Positions 27,817-37,688 are shown, numbered from the stretch's first letter. The stretch: DNA of 64,000 nucleotides from an uncultured Gemmatimonadaceae bacterium (GCA_964613905.1 CAZTIV010000007.1:312-64311), one strand, 5' to 3'. Made by a program: numbers and translations. The notes: generated by a model from the letters alone, not told the origin.

Positions 27817-28944
27817 ATGCGGGTGGCCTATTTCTCCGAGACCCTGCCCCCCCACATAGATGGGGCGACGCGGACCATTGCACAGCTGGTTCAGACACTC
27901 GAGGAGCAGAAGGTGGGGTTCCGGTTCTACAGCGGAGTTGAGCCTCATCCCGAACTGCCGTGGCGTGATCAGGTGTACAAGGTCGCGTCGCTTCCCTTTC
28001 TCCCGTACGATTACTACCGCTTTGCCGTACCGTTCTTCCAGCGACTCCGTAATGATCTGGACCGGTTTGCCCCTGAGTTGATCCACGCGGTCAACCCTAC
28101 TCCTCTGGGGATCTGGGCGGCAGGATACGGCCTCAAGCGACAGATACCGGTGGTGGCAAGTTTCCATACGGACTTCGTGTCGTATCTGCCCTACTACGGA
28201 CTCGGCGGCCTTGAGCGCATCGGGTGGAACTACCTGAGCTGGTTCTACGGTCGCTGTGCGGTAACCTATGCGCCGTCCCGCACCACCGCCGCCGTACTCG
28301 AGGAGCATGGTGTCAACGACGTCGAACTCTGGCAGCGCGGCATCGACGGCAGTTCTTTTTCGCCGATCTTCCGCAGCCATGGTCTCCGTCAGGCCATCGG
28401 TGCCGACCACCATCCCGTCCTGCTGTTCGTCGGCCGGTTGGTTCGCGAGAAGAACCTGGACGATCTGGTGGACGCGGTGCACCTTCTGGCCGGGCGCGGC
28501 CACCGGTTCAAGCTGGTGATGGTGGGCGGAGGTCCCATGGAGGGCGAGCTTCGCGAGCGACTCCCGGATGCCCACTTTGCCGGCTATCAGCGGGGCGAAA
28601 GCCTGTCCCGGTGGTACGCGTCGTCAGACGCGCTGGTCTTTCCGTCCACCACGGAGACGTTCGGCAACGTCGTGCTGGAGGCGTTCGCCTCCGGCCTGCC
28701 GGCGGTGGGGGTGGCCCGGGGAGGGGTGCAGGACCTCATAGACCACGGACGCACGGGGTTCCTGGCCCGTCCCCGGGATGCGGTGTCGTTTGCCGATCAC
28801 ATCGAGGTCCTGCTGCGCGACCGGGCGCTGGCCGCGCAGCTTGGGGCAGAGGCGCTCCGGACATCGGCGCAGTATCGTTGGTCCGTGGCAAACGGTCACC
28901 TCCTCAAGAGCTACGAGCGAGTGCTGACCCGATTCGCCGCCTGA
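27817..28944 (+). CDS. Glycosyltransferase family 4
   Basis: In-frame in ORF 27553..28944. MRVAYFSETLPPHIDGATRT, FVGRLVREKN, FPSTTETFGNVVLEAFASGLPAV. Confidence 0.85.
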   Translation: MRVAYFSETLPPHIDGATRTIAQLVQTLEEQKVGFRFYSGVEPHPELPWRDQVYKVASLPFLPYDYYRFAVPFFQRLRNDLDRFAPELIHAVNPTPLGIWAAGYGLKRQIPVVASFHTDFVSYLPYYGLGGLERIGWNYLSWFYGRCAVTYAPSRTTAAVLEEHGVNDVELWQRGIDGSSFSPIFRSHGLRQAIGADHHPVLLFVGRLVREKNLDDLVDAVHLLAGRGHRFKLVMVGGGPMEGELRERLPDAHFAGYQRGESLSRWYASSDALVFPSTTETFGNVVLEAFASGLPAVGVARGGVQDLIDHGRTGFLARPRDAVSFADHIEVLLRDRALAAQLGAEALRTSAQYRWSVANGHLLKSYERVLTRFAA

Positions 28945-28965
28945 CCATTTTTCGGAGGTTCTGCA

Positions 28966-29472
28966 ATGCAGCTGTTGCTTATCCGCCATGCGATCGCTGA
29001 AGAACGAGATGTTTTTGCCGCCACTGGACAGCCGGATGATCGCCGGCCGCTCACCGCCAGAGGACGCAGCCGCATGGAGAGGGCCGCCCGCGGCATAGTC
29101 CGGCTCGAGCCTGAGTTGACACTGCTGATTTCCAGTCCGTTGACGCGCGCGCTGGAAACCGCCGGGATCGTGGCCCAGGAGTACGGCGGGCTTCCCATAG
29201 AGCAGACCGACACTCTCGTTCCCGACGCGGGACCTGAGTTGTTCGCGTCCTGGATCGAACAGCGCGTACGTGGGGGTATTGTGGCCGCGGTGGGTCACGA
29301 ACCGCATCTGGGAGACCTGGCGGCCTGGCTTCTGGCCGCCGACGCGGCTTCGTTCTACCCGTTCAAGAAGGGCGGCGCGTGTCTGCTGTCCATGGATGGC
29401 AGCCCGGGCCCGGGATCGGCTACGCTCGTGTGGGCCCTGCCTCCCAGGGTATTGCGCCGCGTCAGCAGCTGA
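28966..29472 (+). CDS. sixA: SixA-type phosphohistidine phosphatase
   Basis: MQLLLIRHAIAEE...RPLTARGRSR...VGHEPHL. Confidence 0.72.
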   Translation: MQLLLIRHAIAEERDVFAATGQPDDRRPLTARGRSRMERAARGIVRLEPELTLLISSPLTRALETAGIVAQEYGGLPIEQTDTLVPDAGPELFASWIEQRVRGGIVAAVGHEPHLGDLAAWLLAADAASFYPFKKGGACLLSMDGSPGPGSATLVWALPPRVLRRVSS

Positions 29473-29475
29473 ACC

Positions 29476-30828
29476 GTGCCGGTCCGTCCTCCACTCCTGA
29501 CACTGGATGCGCGGGAGGCATCCCGCCGCATAGCTCTCGACCTGCTCTCTGAAGCGGAGCGGGCTCTGGTCCGGCTCGACGACCCGGAAGACACCGAAGC
29601 CCTGCACGACTTCCGGGTGGCCATACGCAAGCTCCGCAGCACATTGCGGGCATACCGCGGCCCCCTGGGATCTGCCGCATCCAAGAAGATCCGTGGCCGG
29701 CTCCGGGACCTGGGTCGCGCCACCAACGCCGGTCGGGATGCCGAGGTTCAACGTTCCTGGGTCAGCACGGAACGCGAGAAGCTCAAGCGCTCCAGGCGTG
29801 CGGGCATCAAGCGGATGCTCAAGACGCTCGATCAGGAGGTGGAAGAGGGTTATGCGGCCGCGCGGGCGGATGTGCGTGGCGATTTCGAGCGCACGGCGGC
29901 CACTCTGCGCCCGCGGCTTGAGGAACCCGGTCATGAGACGGCCGAACGTTTTGCCACCGTCGCAGGCCGGAACCTTTCGGAGCAGGCCTCGGAACTCCTC
30001 CGGCACCTCGCAGGCATCCGCGGGGCGGACTGGAAGGAGGAGGCGCACGAGGCCCGCATTCAGGCCAAACGGCTTCGCTATCTCCTCGAACCTCTCGTCC
30101 GCGAGATCGCCCGGGCACGCTCGTTGATAGCCCGGCTCAGGCAGCTGCAGGACCTGCTTGGCGATCTTCGGGATGCACAGGTGCTTGAGGACAGGATTGC
30201 CGGCGAGATGTCGGGAAAGAAGTCCCGCGGACTCATGGAGCTGGAAGCGATGAACCGGGAGCGGCGTGACCATCTTTTCGGAGAGCTGGAGCGGCGATGG
30301 CTTTCGGAGGAAGGTGCCGGATTCGTCGCTCAGCTCGCCGAAGCCGGTCGGCTTCTTGCCGCCCCGCAGGCCGACCTGGAAACGGAGCGCAAGTATCTCC
30401 TGAAGAAGCTGCCCGGGGCGATACGTGAGGCTCAGCACCTCAGGATCGAGCAGGGATGGCTGCCCGGCAAACGGTTGAGGGAGCGACTGCGACGGGTGAA
30501 GTCCAACGGGAAGGAGCAGTACTACCGGGCGGTCAAGCTGGGTACGGGAATCACGCGGATCGAACTCGAGGAGCCGACAACCCGCGACGTGTTCAGGTCT
30601 ATGTGGAGACTCACCGCGGGATGCCGTGTCCGGAAGCACCGATACCGGATAGCCGATGGTCCGTTGGTATGGGAGATAGACGACTTCATCGACAGGAAGC
30701 TGCTGCTCGCTGAGGTCGAGTTACCCTCGCCCGACACACCGGTCGACCTGCCGGACTGGCTGGCTCCCTGTGTCGAGCGTGAAGTGACGGGCGATGCTGA
30801 CTACGTCAATCTCAACCTGGCACGGTAG
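29476..30828 (+). CDS. CHAD domain plus C-terminal CYTH (triphosphate tunnel metalloenzyme) domain protein
   Basis: CHAD signatures ALHDFRVAIRKLRSTLRAY and HEARIQAKRLRYLLE occupy aa 1-290. CYTH runs from about aa 301 (ETERKYLLKKLP, RVRKHRYRI, WEIDDF...LLLAEVEL). Confidence 0.8.
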   Translation: MPVRPPLLTLDAREASRRIALDLLSEAERALVRLDDPEDTEALHDFRVAIRKLRSTLRAYRGPLGSAASKKIRGRLRDLGRATNAGRDAEVQRSWVSTEREKLKRSRRAGIKRMLKTLDQEVEEGYAAARADVRGDFERTAATLRPRLEEPGHETAERFATVAGRNLSEQASELLRHLAGIRGADWKEEAHEARIQAKRLRYLLEPLVREIARARSLIARLRQLQDLLGDLRDAQVLEDRIAGEMSGKKSRGLMELEAMNRERRDHLFGELERRWLSEEGAGFVAQLAEAGRLLAAPQADLETERKYLLKKLPGAIREAQHLRIEQGWLPGKRLRERLRRVKSNGKEQYYRAVKLGTGITRIELEEPTTRDVFRSMWRLTAGCRVRKHRYRIADGPLVWEIDDFIDRKLLLAEVELPSPDTPVDLPDWLAPCVEREVTGDADYVNLNLAR

Positions 30829-33013
30829 TCGCCCCCGAGCGCCGTTCTTCCGGCACAATCAGGGTTGCACCTGACCTCCGTTCCTGCCGGATTATCGGCA
30901 CGAACTGGTGGGCGCCCGAAAACCGCTGCGGACCGGGCATGTCCCTGACGGTTTCCTGGAGGGCCACCTGCGACCGGACGACCGGCTCCCCGGGCTCCGG
31001 CGTGACCCGCAAATAGCTTCCATCGGCCCTGAGTTCACGGGCTTTCACGTTATCGGCGCGCGATATCCTCAATATCTCTTCGATGATTCGGTGCCTCAGA
31101 CGTGGATCCTCCACCGGGAACATGACTTCGATTCGCCGGAAGAAGTTGCGCGGCATCCAGTCGGCGCTCCCGAGAAACACCAGTGCGTCTCCCCCGTTCT
31201 CGAAATAGAAGATGCGGGAGTGTTCCAGGAACTTGTCCACCACGCTGCGCACCCTGATGTTATCGGAAACGCCCGGCATGCCGGGCCTCAGACAGCAGAT
31301 GCCGCGTATCAGCAGCTCTATGCGAACGCCGTCCTGCGATGCGCCGTAGAGGGCATCGATCACGGTCGGCTCGACCAGGGCGTTCATCTTCACCACGATC
31401 TTGGCGGGCCGCCCCTGCCGGGCGTTTTCCCGTTCGTTCTCGATGAGTCCCAGAACGTTCTCCAGAAGATCCACAGGAGCCACGACCAGCTTCTTCCACT
31501 GCAGACTGCGTGAATACCCGGTGAGGAGATTGAACACCTGGCTGGCGTCGTCACCGAACTCGGGGTTCGATGTGAAAAGGCCGATATCGGTGTAGAATCT
31601 CGCCGTGATGGGGTTGTAATTGCCGGTCGAAAGGTGCACGTAGCGGCGGATACCGTCCGCTTCGCGCCTCACCACAACGGATGCCTTGCAGTGCGTCTTC
31701 AGACCCACGACTCCGTATACCACGTTTACACCAGCTTCTTCGAGCGCTCTCGCCCAGAGAATGTTGTTCTGCTCGTCGAACCGCGCCTTGAGCTCCACCA
31801 GAGCCGTAACCTGCTTGCCGTTCTGGGCTGCGCGGGCAAGGGCGCTGATGATGGGACTGGGCACGCTGGTTCGATACAGGGTCTGCTTGATGGCCAGTAC
31901 CTGCGGGTCATCAGCAGCCCGCTCGATGAAATCCACAACGACACCGAACGATTCGTAAGGATGGTGAAGAAGTATGTCCTGTGTCCGTATGAGATCGAAC
32001 AGGTTGGGAGCCACTGCAACCGCCGGAGGAACGCGCGGCAGATGCGGCTCATCCCGCAGGTGACGGAAGCCCTCGAGACGCAGGAGTGCCGCGAAACAGG
32101 TGAGATCGAGCGGCCCGTCAATGCGATAGACGTCCCGCTCCTCCAGGGCCAGAGCCTGACGCAGCATGTCCGTAAACCGCTGGTCGGCATCGTGCGAAAT
32201 ACTCAGCGCGACCGCTTCACCCCGGATCCGCTGCCTGAGCGACTCCTCGATGGTCTGGAGAAGGTCCTCCGCCTCGTCTTCCTTGATCACGAGGTCCGTG
32301 TTGCGGGTAATCCGGAATACGTTGTGGGCCATGACCTGGAATCCGCCGAAGAGCCGGTCCAGGTGAGCCACGATCAGATCTTCCATGAGGAGAAAGCGGA
32401 TACAACCCTTATCGTTGGGCAGCACCACGAGTCGATCCAGCACCGCGGGTACCTGTACCACGGCAAAGAGTTCCTGTCTGTCCTTGCCATTATTCTCTTC
32501 CAGCAGAAGCACGATGTTGAGGGTCTTGTTGTGCACGTGCGGGAGGGGATGCCCGGGATCTATGGCCAGCGGCGTGAGCACGGGGTAGACACTGGTCTGG
32601 AACAGATCCCCGACAAACATTCTCTCAACGGCAGTGAGGTCATCGTACCTGACCCACTCGATATCCTCCTCCGCCAGTGCGGGGAGCGTTGCCTCACGGA
32701 GGATCCGGTATTGCTCGTCCACCAGTGCGTGGGCCCGCTGATCGATTGCCGCAAGCTGCTCAGCCGGTCCGAGCCCGTCCGCACCGTAATCCTGAGGTTC
32801 CAGACCGGCCCTCAGCTGCTGGTGAAGTCCGGCAACCCGCACCTCGAAGAACTCGTCCAGGTTGGCGCTGAAGATTGCGAGAAACTTGACCCGCTCGAGC
32901 AGGGGGTTGGTGGTGTCACGCGCCTCCTCGAGCACACGCGCGTTGAACTCGAGCCAACTCAACTCGCGGTTGATGTAGAAGTCGGGGGGGTGCATCCCGA
33001 CCGAGGTTCGCAC
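30812..33013 (-). CDS. ppk: Polyphosphate kinase 1
   Basis: FYINRELSWLEFNARVLEEA, two PLD-like HKD regions (GLKTHCKASVV, EHSRIFYF). About 45-aa C-terminal extension containing ERRSGAT twice. Confidence 0.95.
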   Translation of the reverse strand: MRTSVGMHPPDFYINRELSWLEFNARVLEEARDTTNPLLERVKFLAIFSANLDEFFEVRVAGLHQQLRAGLEPQDYGADGLGPAEQLAAIDQRAHALVDEQYRILREATLPALAEEDIEWVRYDDLTAVERMFVGDLFQTSVYPVLTPLAIDPGHPLPHVHNKTLNIVLLLEENNGKDRQELFAVVQVPAVLDRLVVLPNDKGCIRFLLMEDLIVAHLDRLFGGFQVMAHNVFRITRNTDLVIKEDEAEDLLQTIEESLRQRIRGEAVALSISHDADQRFTDMLRQALALEERDVYRIDGPLDLTCFAALLRLEGFRHLRDEPHLPRVPPAVAVAPNLFDLIRTQDILLHHPYESFGVVVDFIERAADDPQVLAIKQTLYRTSVPSPIISALARAAQNGKQVTALVELKARFDEQNNILWARALEEAGVNVVYGVVGLKTHCKASVVVRREADGIRRYVHLSTGNYNPITARFYTDIGLFTSNPEFGDDASQVFNLLTGYSRSLQWKKLVVAPVDLLENVLGLIENERENARQGRPAKIVVKMNALVEPTVIDALYGASQDGVRIELLIRGICCLRPGMPGVSDNIRVRSVVDKFLEHSRIFYFENGGDALVFLGSADWMPRNFFRRIEVMFPVEDPRLRHRIIEEILRISRADNVKARELRADGSYLRVTPEPGEPVVRSQVALQETVRDMPGPQRFSGAHQFVPIIRQERRSGATLIVPEERRSGATTVPG

Positions 33014-33016
33014 GGA

Positions 33017-34669
33017 TTACGCTCCCGCCACCCGACGCTGGCCGCGCACGACCCTGAGTCCGTGGCGGCGCTGGTCGGCCCCGTCCCAGGTCACCGACAG
33101 TCCCGCATCGAAAGCTCTGCGAAAGAGGCCGGCCTTGCGGCGCGCATCCCAGAGTTCCACCCGGGGCTCCCGTTTGGCCACCGCCAGTACGTTAACCCTT
33201 CCTCCGCGCACCCTGACCCGCACATCGGTTACCGCCTGGGTGTGGGTGCGGTCGAGACCGACGGCAATCCGCAGGATCGCCGCGAGACGCCTCACAAGAC
33301 GCCTGTCCGCCCGTTCGAGTCGGGCAAAGTTGGAGTGGGACTTTCGCGGATAGGCACGCCGGTGATACCGAACGATGTTGGCAATCAACTCCACTTCGCG
33401 GGCCGAGAAACCCGGGAGGTCGCTGTGCATTATGAGGTGATACGCGTGCTTGTGGTGCTTGGCGTGATTGACGAGATAGCCTACATCATGCACCAGCGCC
33501 GAACTCACCAGCAGCTCCCGCCACGCCGGCGGCATGTCGAAGGGACGGCGCAGGCCGTCAAAAAGCTTCCCGGCAAGAAGAGCAACTCGCTCGGCATGCC
33601 GTCCGTTCACCCGACACTTGCGAGCGAACGTTCTGACCGCGTCAAGACGTGCCGCGGGCTGAGGAGCCCGGGGCTGCATCACACCCGGAAGGGACTTGAT
33701 CATCGAGAGCAGCAGACCGTCCCGTACGCCACCATCGTTCACCAGGATCTGCCTGGTCCCCAGGTGTTTCGCAAGACGAAGCACAACCGCCACACCGGCC
33801 AGGATGATGTCCGCCCGCCCGGGTGAGAGACCGGGAAGCTGTTTTCTCCCCTCCAGCGGAATCTCTCTCAGCCGCGCAAGGAGCCGCGACGCCTCAGCAC
33901 GGGAGAGCATGTAGCCCTGCGGCGTTCCCTCACGGCCTTCCTGCTCATAGCGCGCCATCGCGCCGAGCGTGCTGAACGTTCCCCCACTCCCCACCATCAG
34001 TTCCGCTACGAACTTGTTCTTTCGCATCCGGTCGCGGATGGCTTCATCGATTGAGTCACGGAGGGCGCGCCAATGACGCCGTCTCAGGGGATCCGAACGT
34101 ACATGGCGCTCTGTGAGATGCACGGCTCCGAGATCCAGTGAGTACACCTGGTCCACCACAGAACCCGCCGCGAGTACGACATCCAGGCTACCACCGCCGA
34201 TATCCACGACCGCCACGGGACGCCCCTCGAGGTTGAACCGGCGCAGCGCGCTCTCGAAGGCGTAACGCGCTTCATCTTCAGCGGTAATCACCTCCACCTT
34301 CACGCGGTGCCTGCGCCAGACCTCGCGGCAGAACTCCGCTCCGTTCTCGGCTTCACGCACGGCGCTCGTGCCAACCGCCCGGAGTTCAGCCACACCGAAC
34401 CCCGCGGCAATCGCCTTCATCTTGCCAATCGCCTCGAGCGAACGCTCCATCGTGTCCGCGGCAAGGCGGCCGGTTGCGCTCAGCCCTTCGCCGAGCCTGG
34501 TGGTAGCCCGCTCCTCATCGAGCACCTGGTAGGTACCGTCAGTCTCCGGCTGGGCCACCACCAGACGGATAGAATTGGTGCCGATGTCGATGGCGGCCAG
34601 CCTTGGCAGCGAGTCTGGAACAGGTGGATGGGCCACTGATGTATGATGACTTATGTTGTTCTCTGGCAA
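33017..34669 (-). CDS. ppx: Exopolyphosphatase (Ppx/GppA) with C-terminal HD domain
   Basis: RLAAIDIGTNSIRLVVA, VVDIGGGS, HDVGYLVNHAKHHKH. Confidence 0.9.
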   Translation of the reverse strand: MPENNISHHTSVAHPPVPDSLPRLAAIDIGTNSIRLVVAQPETDGTYQVLDEERATTRLGEGLSATGRLAADTMERSLEAIGKMKAIAAGFGVAELRAVGTSAVREAENGAEFCREVWRRHRVKVEVITAEDEARYAFESALRRFNLEGRPVAVVDIGGGSLDVVLAAGSVVDQVYSLDLGAVHLTERHVRSDPLRRRHWRALRDSIDEAIRDRMRKNKFVAELMVGSGGTFSTLGAMARYEQEGREGTPQGYMLSRAEASRLLARLREIPLEGRKQLPGLSPGRADIILAGVAVVLRLAKHLGTRQILVNDGGVRDGLLLSMIKSLPGVMQPRAPQPAARLDAVRTFARKCRVNGRHAERVALLAGKLFDGLRRPFDMPPAWRELLVSSALVHDVGYLVNHAKHHKHAYHLIMHSDLPGFSAREVELIANIVRYHRRAYPRKSHSNFARLERADRRLVRRLAAILRIAVGLDRTHTQAVTDVRVRVRGGRVNVLAVAKREPRVELWDARRKAGLFRRAFDAGLSVTWDGADQRRHGLRVVRGQRRVAGA

Positions 34670-34775
34670 TGGGTTACAGGCAGCAAACCGAGCAACCGAT
34701 ACCCTAATCTATGTGTGCCCACCCCTCACACCAAATTCGGCCAGTACCAGTACTGTCACACACAACCAGCGGATT

Positions 34776-36221
34776 TCAGGGAAGTGGCGCTCCGACCACC
34801 CGCTTGACCAGCATGCCGGCTCTCAGCTGAGCGGTCGGTTCCAGTTGATTGATCAAGGCGATCGTTTCCAGTGAGACCGGGGAGGGGGAACCCTGGACGA
34901 ACTGCTGGAGCGACATCGCGCGCGGCACCGTGGCGACCGCAATGCGCCATGGTTGAACATTGATGAGTGCGGGGTCGGTGAGGCGGGCAAAACTCCCAAA
35001 GGCCCGGTGAGCCGAACCTTCGTACTGACCCCAGCGCTGGCGAGTCGCGTAGGCCAGCAGACGCAGCACCACCCCTTCGTGAGAAACGAATGCCACAGTA
35101 CCATCCAGAATCCCGCTTTCGGTCTGTACACTGAACGGGCCCGCCACTGCGGATACGTCGTTCAGCCTGGTGGGGGCGGCTCGTCCGGTGACACCCTGCT
35201 GGCTGTAGAACGCCTGGGCGGCGAGGTCCGCCGTGGCCTCCTGAGCAAGCGTGATCTGCATGATTGCATCTTCAGCATCACTCACGCCGATCACAGCGTG
35301 TTTCTGGTTCTGTGTCTTCCAACCCTGCGGGAAGGTGAAGCGGAACCTGAGGTCCGGATGGATGAACTCGCCCGCGCGGAAGAAGCCTTCACGCGGGTTA
35401 TCGCCAAAGATCATTCCGTCAAGCCGGCGGAGATACGCATCCCGGTTCACGAGCCGACCTGAAAAGTCCTCTTCGAGCGCCGCCACCTGTTGCTGGATGC
35501 GCTCCCGGCGGTTACCCGGGTTGGGATGCGTAGAGAGCCATTCGGGGATCCGGCCGCCGCCGTGGGCCGCGCTCACGCGTTCGAGCATCGTGAACACGTC
35601 GGCCATTTCGCGGGGATCGTAGTTGCCCCTGAGCATGTATCGCAGACCCAGGTCATCCGCCTGCCGCTCGTCGTCGCGCCCGTGCTTGAGAAACAGAATG
35701 CCGAGGCCCGCCCCGGCCACGCCCGCAAGGCCCTCGAGTTCGGGCCTCAGCAGAACGCCGGCAACGAGTCCAACCTGCGCGAGTTGAGCCCGGCTGATCT
35801 GCACAACCGAGTGACGCGCGGTTACGTGGCCGATTTCGTGACTCAGTACTGCGGCAAGTTCAGCCTCCGACCCCATATGGGCCAGGATCCCGCGGGTGAT
35901 GTATATGAAGCCGCCAGGGAGCGCGAACGCGTTTACAATGGGGTCGTCCATCACGCGGAACGTCCACGGCAGATGAGGCCTCTCCGACTGGGCCGCCAGA
36001 CGAGTACCCAGTTCGTGGACGTAATTCTGAAGCCCCTGATCCGGGTACAGGCCGTACTGCGCAACAACTTGCTGATCGTAGTCGCGGCCCATCTGAATTT
36101 CCTGCGACTCGCTGATGAGCACGAGCTGCCGCGCACCGGTGGCCGGGTTGGTGGCGCACGCGGTGACCGCCGCCAGCGCGGCTAGCGCCAAAGGCCGGAT
36201 GCGCGGCACGCGGGACATCAT
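34776..36221 (-). CDS. M48 family metalloprotease lipoprotein
   Basis: Lipobox AVTAC. NAFALPGGFIYITRG, LAAVLSHEIGHVTARH. Confidence 0.88.
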   Translation of the reverse strand: MMSRVPRIRPLALAALAAVTACATNPATGARQLVLISESQEIQMGRDYDQQVVAQYGLYPDQGLQNYVHELGTRLAAQSERPHLPWTFRVMDDPIVNAFALPGGFIYITRGILAHMGSEAELAAVLSHEIGHVTARHSVVQISRAQLAQVGLVAGVLLRPELEGLAGVAGAGLGILFLKHGRDDERQADDLGLRYMLRGNYDPREMADVFTMLERVSAAHGGGRIPEWLSTHPNPGNRRERIQQQVAALEEDFSGRLVNRDAYLRRLDGMIFGDNPREGFFRAGEFIHPDLRFRFTFPQGWKTQNQKHAVIGVSDAEDAIMQITLAQEATADLAAQAFYSQQGVTGRAAPTRLNDVSAVAGPFSVQTESGILDGTVAFVSHEGVVLRLLAYATRQRWGQYEGSAHRAFGSFARLTDPALINVQPWRIAVATVPRAMSLQQFVQGSPSPVSLETIALINQLEPTAQLRAGMLVKRVVGAPLP

Positions 36222-36224
36222 TGG

Positions 36225-36479
36225 TCAGCGGAGCTTCAGCCGCTTCTTCTTCCGTCTGCGCATCCGCGACGCCGCGACGCCGGCGGCGGCAACGCCGGCG
36301 GCGGCAACGGCTATTGCCGCGAACTTGGCCTTCTTCGAACGCTTGGCCTTCCGCACCAGGGTCCTGGTGGCCGTACCGGCCCGGGCGGCGGCGGCCTTGG
36401 TGGCTTTTTTCGTTTTGGCTGTAGCCGAGCGGGCTTTCTTGCCGGCCGCGCGGAGCGCGGACTTGGCGCGTGACGCCAT
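36225..36479 (-). CDS. Lys/Ala-rich basic small protein with one hydrophobic segment
   Basis: In ORF 36225..36536 from MASRAKSALRAAGKKARSATAKTKKATKAAAA... The segment FAAIAVAAAGVAAAGVAAS precedes RMRRRKKKRLKLR. Its stop lies 3 nt before the M48 start. Confidence 0.5.
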   Translation of the reverse strand: MASRAKSALRAAGKKARSATAKTKKATKAAAARAGTATRTLVRKAKRSKKAKFAAIAVAAAGVAAAGVAASRMRRRKKKRLKLR

Positions 36480-36569
36480 GCGAGTATCCTTGACCTTGAG
36501 GGTAACCGTTTCCGGGTACCTGTAATCTACACCCACGGCAAGGAATCGCTATCGCCCCCCCCGCGCACT

Positions 36570-36632
36570 CTAGCGGCGCGCCGGCACCTCCTCGAACAAC
36601 GCAATCGCGCGGGGTCACCCGCCCTCGCCAAC
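36570..36632 (-). pseudogene. Decayed copy of the 3' end of the HEAT-repeat gene at 37685..38413
   Basis: The minus strand reads LARAGDP, a 1-nt frameshift, then RAIALFEEVPARR-stop. The intact gene ends LAQSGDPRAIALFEEVLARR-stop. About 80 percent nucleotide identity by hand alignment, including an identical 20-mer GCACCTCCTCGAACAACGC. Confidence 0.7.
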
Positions 36633-36741
36633 GGAAGTATGGTCACGACAGGCGTTCCCCCAATCGTTGGGCTCGCCTCAAGTGGCCTGGGCTAAACCCA
36701 AGCCTGGCCCCCCTGGCTCGCCCACCCGGAGTAGGATGGAC

Positions 36742-37311
36742 TTATCTTGTCTCCGACGGAACCAATCGATAAGCGCTAACGTACTCAACATCGTTGCTGT
36801 CGCGGCTGACTCCAAGAACCACGCCCCGCCTCATTGCTGTGGCGCTGAAGGAGGCCGGCACCGCCACTATCCACTGGTAAGAGCCGTCGGCGGCAAGCCG
36901 GAACCACCTGGCATCCGCGGTATCGTCGGGAAGCCGGAAGGCGCGCAACAATACCGCTTCCAGATCCGTTACCAGGATCGCGTCGCCGCTGACCCGAGCT
37001 GTCAGTGGCTCGAATCCGAACCCTGGCAGGGTCTTGGGACCTGTGAGCTCGAGAAGAATCTCCAACTCCCGCGCGCTCATCCGAGCGCGGGCAAGCGCTG
37101 CGAACAGGCGATCCCGGTGCGCCTCGGTCAGCGCTGCAGGAGCCCGTCGCTGCCGTGTGACGCGCTGGTCTCCACTCAGGTGAGGTCGCATCACGGCATA
37201 GTTTTCCGGCAGCGCCACGTACACCGACGTAGCGCTCATGGCCACAGCAGCCATACTTGAGAAAGCCACCGGAAGGGGGTGGCCTTGCAACGCGAAATCA
37301 GGGGAGAACAC
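36742..37311 (-). CDS. Hypothetical protein (189 aa)
   Basis: Longest ORF in the segment, mostly G/C at third positions, no recognisable family. Confidence 0.4.
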   Translation of the reverse strand: MFSPDFALQGHPLPVAFSSMAAVAMSATSVYVALPENYAVMRPHLSGDQRVTRQRRAPAALTEAHRDRLFAALARARMSARELEILLELTGPKTLPGFGFEPLTARVSGDAILVTDLEAVLLRAFRLPDDTADARWFRLAADGSYQWIVAVPASFSATAMRRGVVLGVSRDSNDVEYVSAYRLVPSETR

Positions 37312-37316
37312 CAGCG

Positions 37317-37688
37317 TCAGCGCCGCTTCGTGACGGACAGCCGTCTATTTGAGCGGGCCGCAGGCAGCAAGGATCCTGCAGACGGTATAGGCCAAGTGGA
37401 GTTGCATGACGTTCTGCGGCGATGGCGCCGCCTGCTCACACCCGCCAGATGGACATCCTTCAATGCCTGGCAAAGGGGCTCAATCACGCCGAAACCGCCA
37501 AGGGAGTCGGCCTCAGCAGTTCCTGCGTAAAGGTACTGCGACCCCCCCCCCCGCGGATGGGCAATGACCTCGACGCCGGCTTCCAGCATCCAATCCCGGC
37601 CGACGCCAACCATCGCTTCTCCATCCCGCGATCGACCAGCCAGATAGGCCCCAAGCATCACATCCCAGCCACGTCGGCACTCGGTCAC
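37317..37688 (-). CDS. Doubtful ORF, GTGA-coupled to the HEAT gene stop and containing the G11 run
   Basis: The GTG start overlaps the TGA of 37685..38413. The C-terminal third is Arg-rich and low-complexity. It conflicts with the plus-strand HTH-like ORF. Confidence 0.25.
   Translation of the reverse strand: MTECRRGWDVMLGAYLAGRSRDGEAMVGVGRDWMLEAGVEVIAHPRGGGSQYLYAGTAEADSLGGFGVIEPLCQALKDVHLAGVSRRRHRRRTSCNSTWPIPSAGSLLPAARSNRRLSVTKRR

Noticed and set aside
28624-30639. 671-aa minus-strand ORF across the GT4 end, sixA and the CHAD-CYTH gene
   Set aside because: It lies antisense to three recognisable plus-strand genes and has no motifs, so it is a shadow ORF.
31634-33826. 730-aa plus-strand ORF across ppk1 and ppx
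   Set aside because: It lies antisense to two strongly recognisable genes and crosses their boundary. Its composition is shadow-ORF-like.
36277-36306. GC-rich tandem repeat as a possible CRISPR or VNTR locus
   Set aside because: There are only two 15-bp units with no spacers. It is an in-frame duplication inside a coding hydrophobic segment and is reported under that ORF instead.
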